Below, piece after piece: positions 63,070 through 64,000 of a stretch of DNA of 64,000 bases (the first letter of the stretch is position 1; each line of letters starts with the position of its first letter). Source of the DNA: Planctomycetota bacterium. GTDB taxonomy: Bacteria; Planctomycetota; SZUA-567; H5-PLA8. The stretch is from NCBI GenBank assembly GCA_038227875.1, contig JBBRPR010000001.1:1-64000 (forward strand). The letters are read 5' to 3'. Under the pieces are notes generated by a model. It did not search any database and was not told where the DNA came from. It worked only from the letters and a program-made list of their open reading frames with translations. Both the position numbers and the translations under genes were made by a program.

Positions 63070-64000
63070 CGGCCTTCTCTTCTTTGCTGGGGTTCACGGA
63101 TTTTGCAGCACGCTTCAATTCTTCCGGAATCGTTTCGTAAACTTCAATTTCATCGATCGACGAGTAACCGTTGAGCAGGTAGACGCGCAGTTTGTTCGTG
63201 TAGACGGTCTTCGGTAATTTGTAAACGTTGTAGCAACTCTGGTTGCCCTTGCGTTTGACCGCGTTCTGCCAATATCCCTTCTTCGCCTGCCGCGCTTCGG
63301 CTTCCGTGACGCCGCTGCGCGTCTCACGGCTCTCAATGAAAGTGTCGATCGTCAGCGTCTCGACGCGTGCGAGATCGGGATCCTCGGCGATGGCCACGTG
63401 CGTGATGAAATGCTTTTTCGGCAGCGTGATTTCGACATAGCAGGGAACGTGCGCGCTGTTGCTTGAAACTTGCGCCGTATTGTTGCCGCCAAACCATTTT
63501 CCGCCGAGCAGCCCCGGTTCGCGTTCCAGCATGCGGCCGTTGATCAGGCACATCGGTTCGCACCACCAACCGGTCCACTGGTCGGCCGGGACCGGATACA
63601 TTTCCACGCGCGCCGGCGGATTGGTATAGGCGGCATCGCTGTTCATGTTGCGGTAGAGCGCCGGGATGCGGATCAGGTCGTCCGACGGAAATTGAATCGG
63701 CCGCACGACAACCTGCGAGAAGACGTCCTTGTCGCCGAACGATTTCACACTGACATCCACCGTCTCCGCGCGGTCACCGAGTCGCAGGACCGCGCGCTCG
63801 ATGTATTCCTTCTCCTGTGCCTGCCCCGAACGCGCGAGTCGCGAAATTTTCGCCGCCGGCTTGCCATCTGCGGATCTCTCTGTCTCCGTGAATTCCAGCG
63901 ACAGTGAGCAGGCCGGCACGGCGCGGCCATAGTGCCATTCGACGAGGTATGTGCCGAAGGGCGCACCTTGGAATTGCGCGGTCAGAGGCTTGCCGGCGTT
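63050..64000 (-). CDS. C-terminal part of a large protein ending in a discoidin (F5/8 type C)-like domain; 5' end outside the window
   Basis: The frame stays open from 63919 to the window edge (NAGKPLTAQFQGAPFGTYLVEWHYGRA). YVEITLPKKHFITHVAI...TNKLRVYL...SIDEIEVY. Confidence 0.8.
   Translation of the reverse strand, partial: NAGKPLTAQFQGAPFGTYLVEWHYGRAVPACSLSLEFTETERSADGKPAAKISRLARSGQAQEKEYIERAVLRLGDRAETVDVSVKSFGDKDVFSQVVVRPIQFPSDDLIRIPALYRNMNSDAAYTNPPARVEMYPVPADQWTGWWCEPMCLINGRMLEREPGLLGGKWFGGNNTAQVSSNSAHVPCYVEITLPKKHFITHVAIAEDPDLARVETLTIDTFIESRETRSGVTEAEARQAKKGYWQNAVKRKGNQSCYNVYKLPKTVYTNKLRVYLLNGYSSIDEIEVYETIPEELKRAAKSVNPSKEEKADAEKHP

Overview
GC-rich bacterial chromosomal window. The gene families present (prenyltransferase-repeat, DUF4159, PQQ-propeller, giant TPR and PKD proteins) suggest a Planctomycetota/PVC-type organism; this is an inference. 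I found no rRNA, tRNA, CRISPR array, integrase or transposase. Left to right: (1) about 1.6 kb of REP-like hairpins and a truncated gene; (2) a LacI regulator with a palindromic operator, followed by two large secreted Ig/PKD proteins; (3) VOC protein, M28 peptidase, prenyltransferase-repeat protein, sugar epimerase, serA-like and mtnC; (4) a PaaK-like ligase, ABC transporter and PQQ-propeller operon, then a small Sm-like gene; (5) a 23 kb co-directional cluster (26973-50059); (6) two tandem glycoside-hydrolase-like paralogues; (7) small Cys-rich, PhyH and TPR genes, a DUF3299-type ABC operon and the end of another cluster of secreted propeller/carbohydrate-binding proteins. The best candidate for an undescribed system is cluster (5). 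It encodes three secreted TPR proteins (one of 2677 aa), an ExbB/ExbD-type proton motor, a very short TonB-like protein, a TonB-like anchor (SxxxH plus Pro/Lys linker) ending in DUF4159 rather than TonB_C, a 2100-aa multidomain protein and an SGNH hydrolase, with no TonB-dependent receptor or TolB/Pal in the window. A family of spacer-less 26-36 bp palindromes lies upstream of this cluster and at gene boundaries at its far end. All domain calls come from motif recognition by eye; no searches were run.
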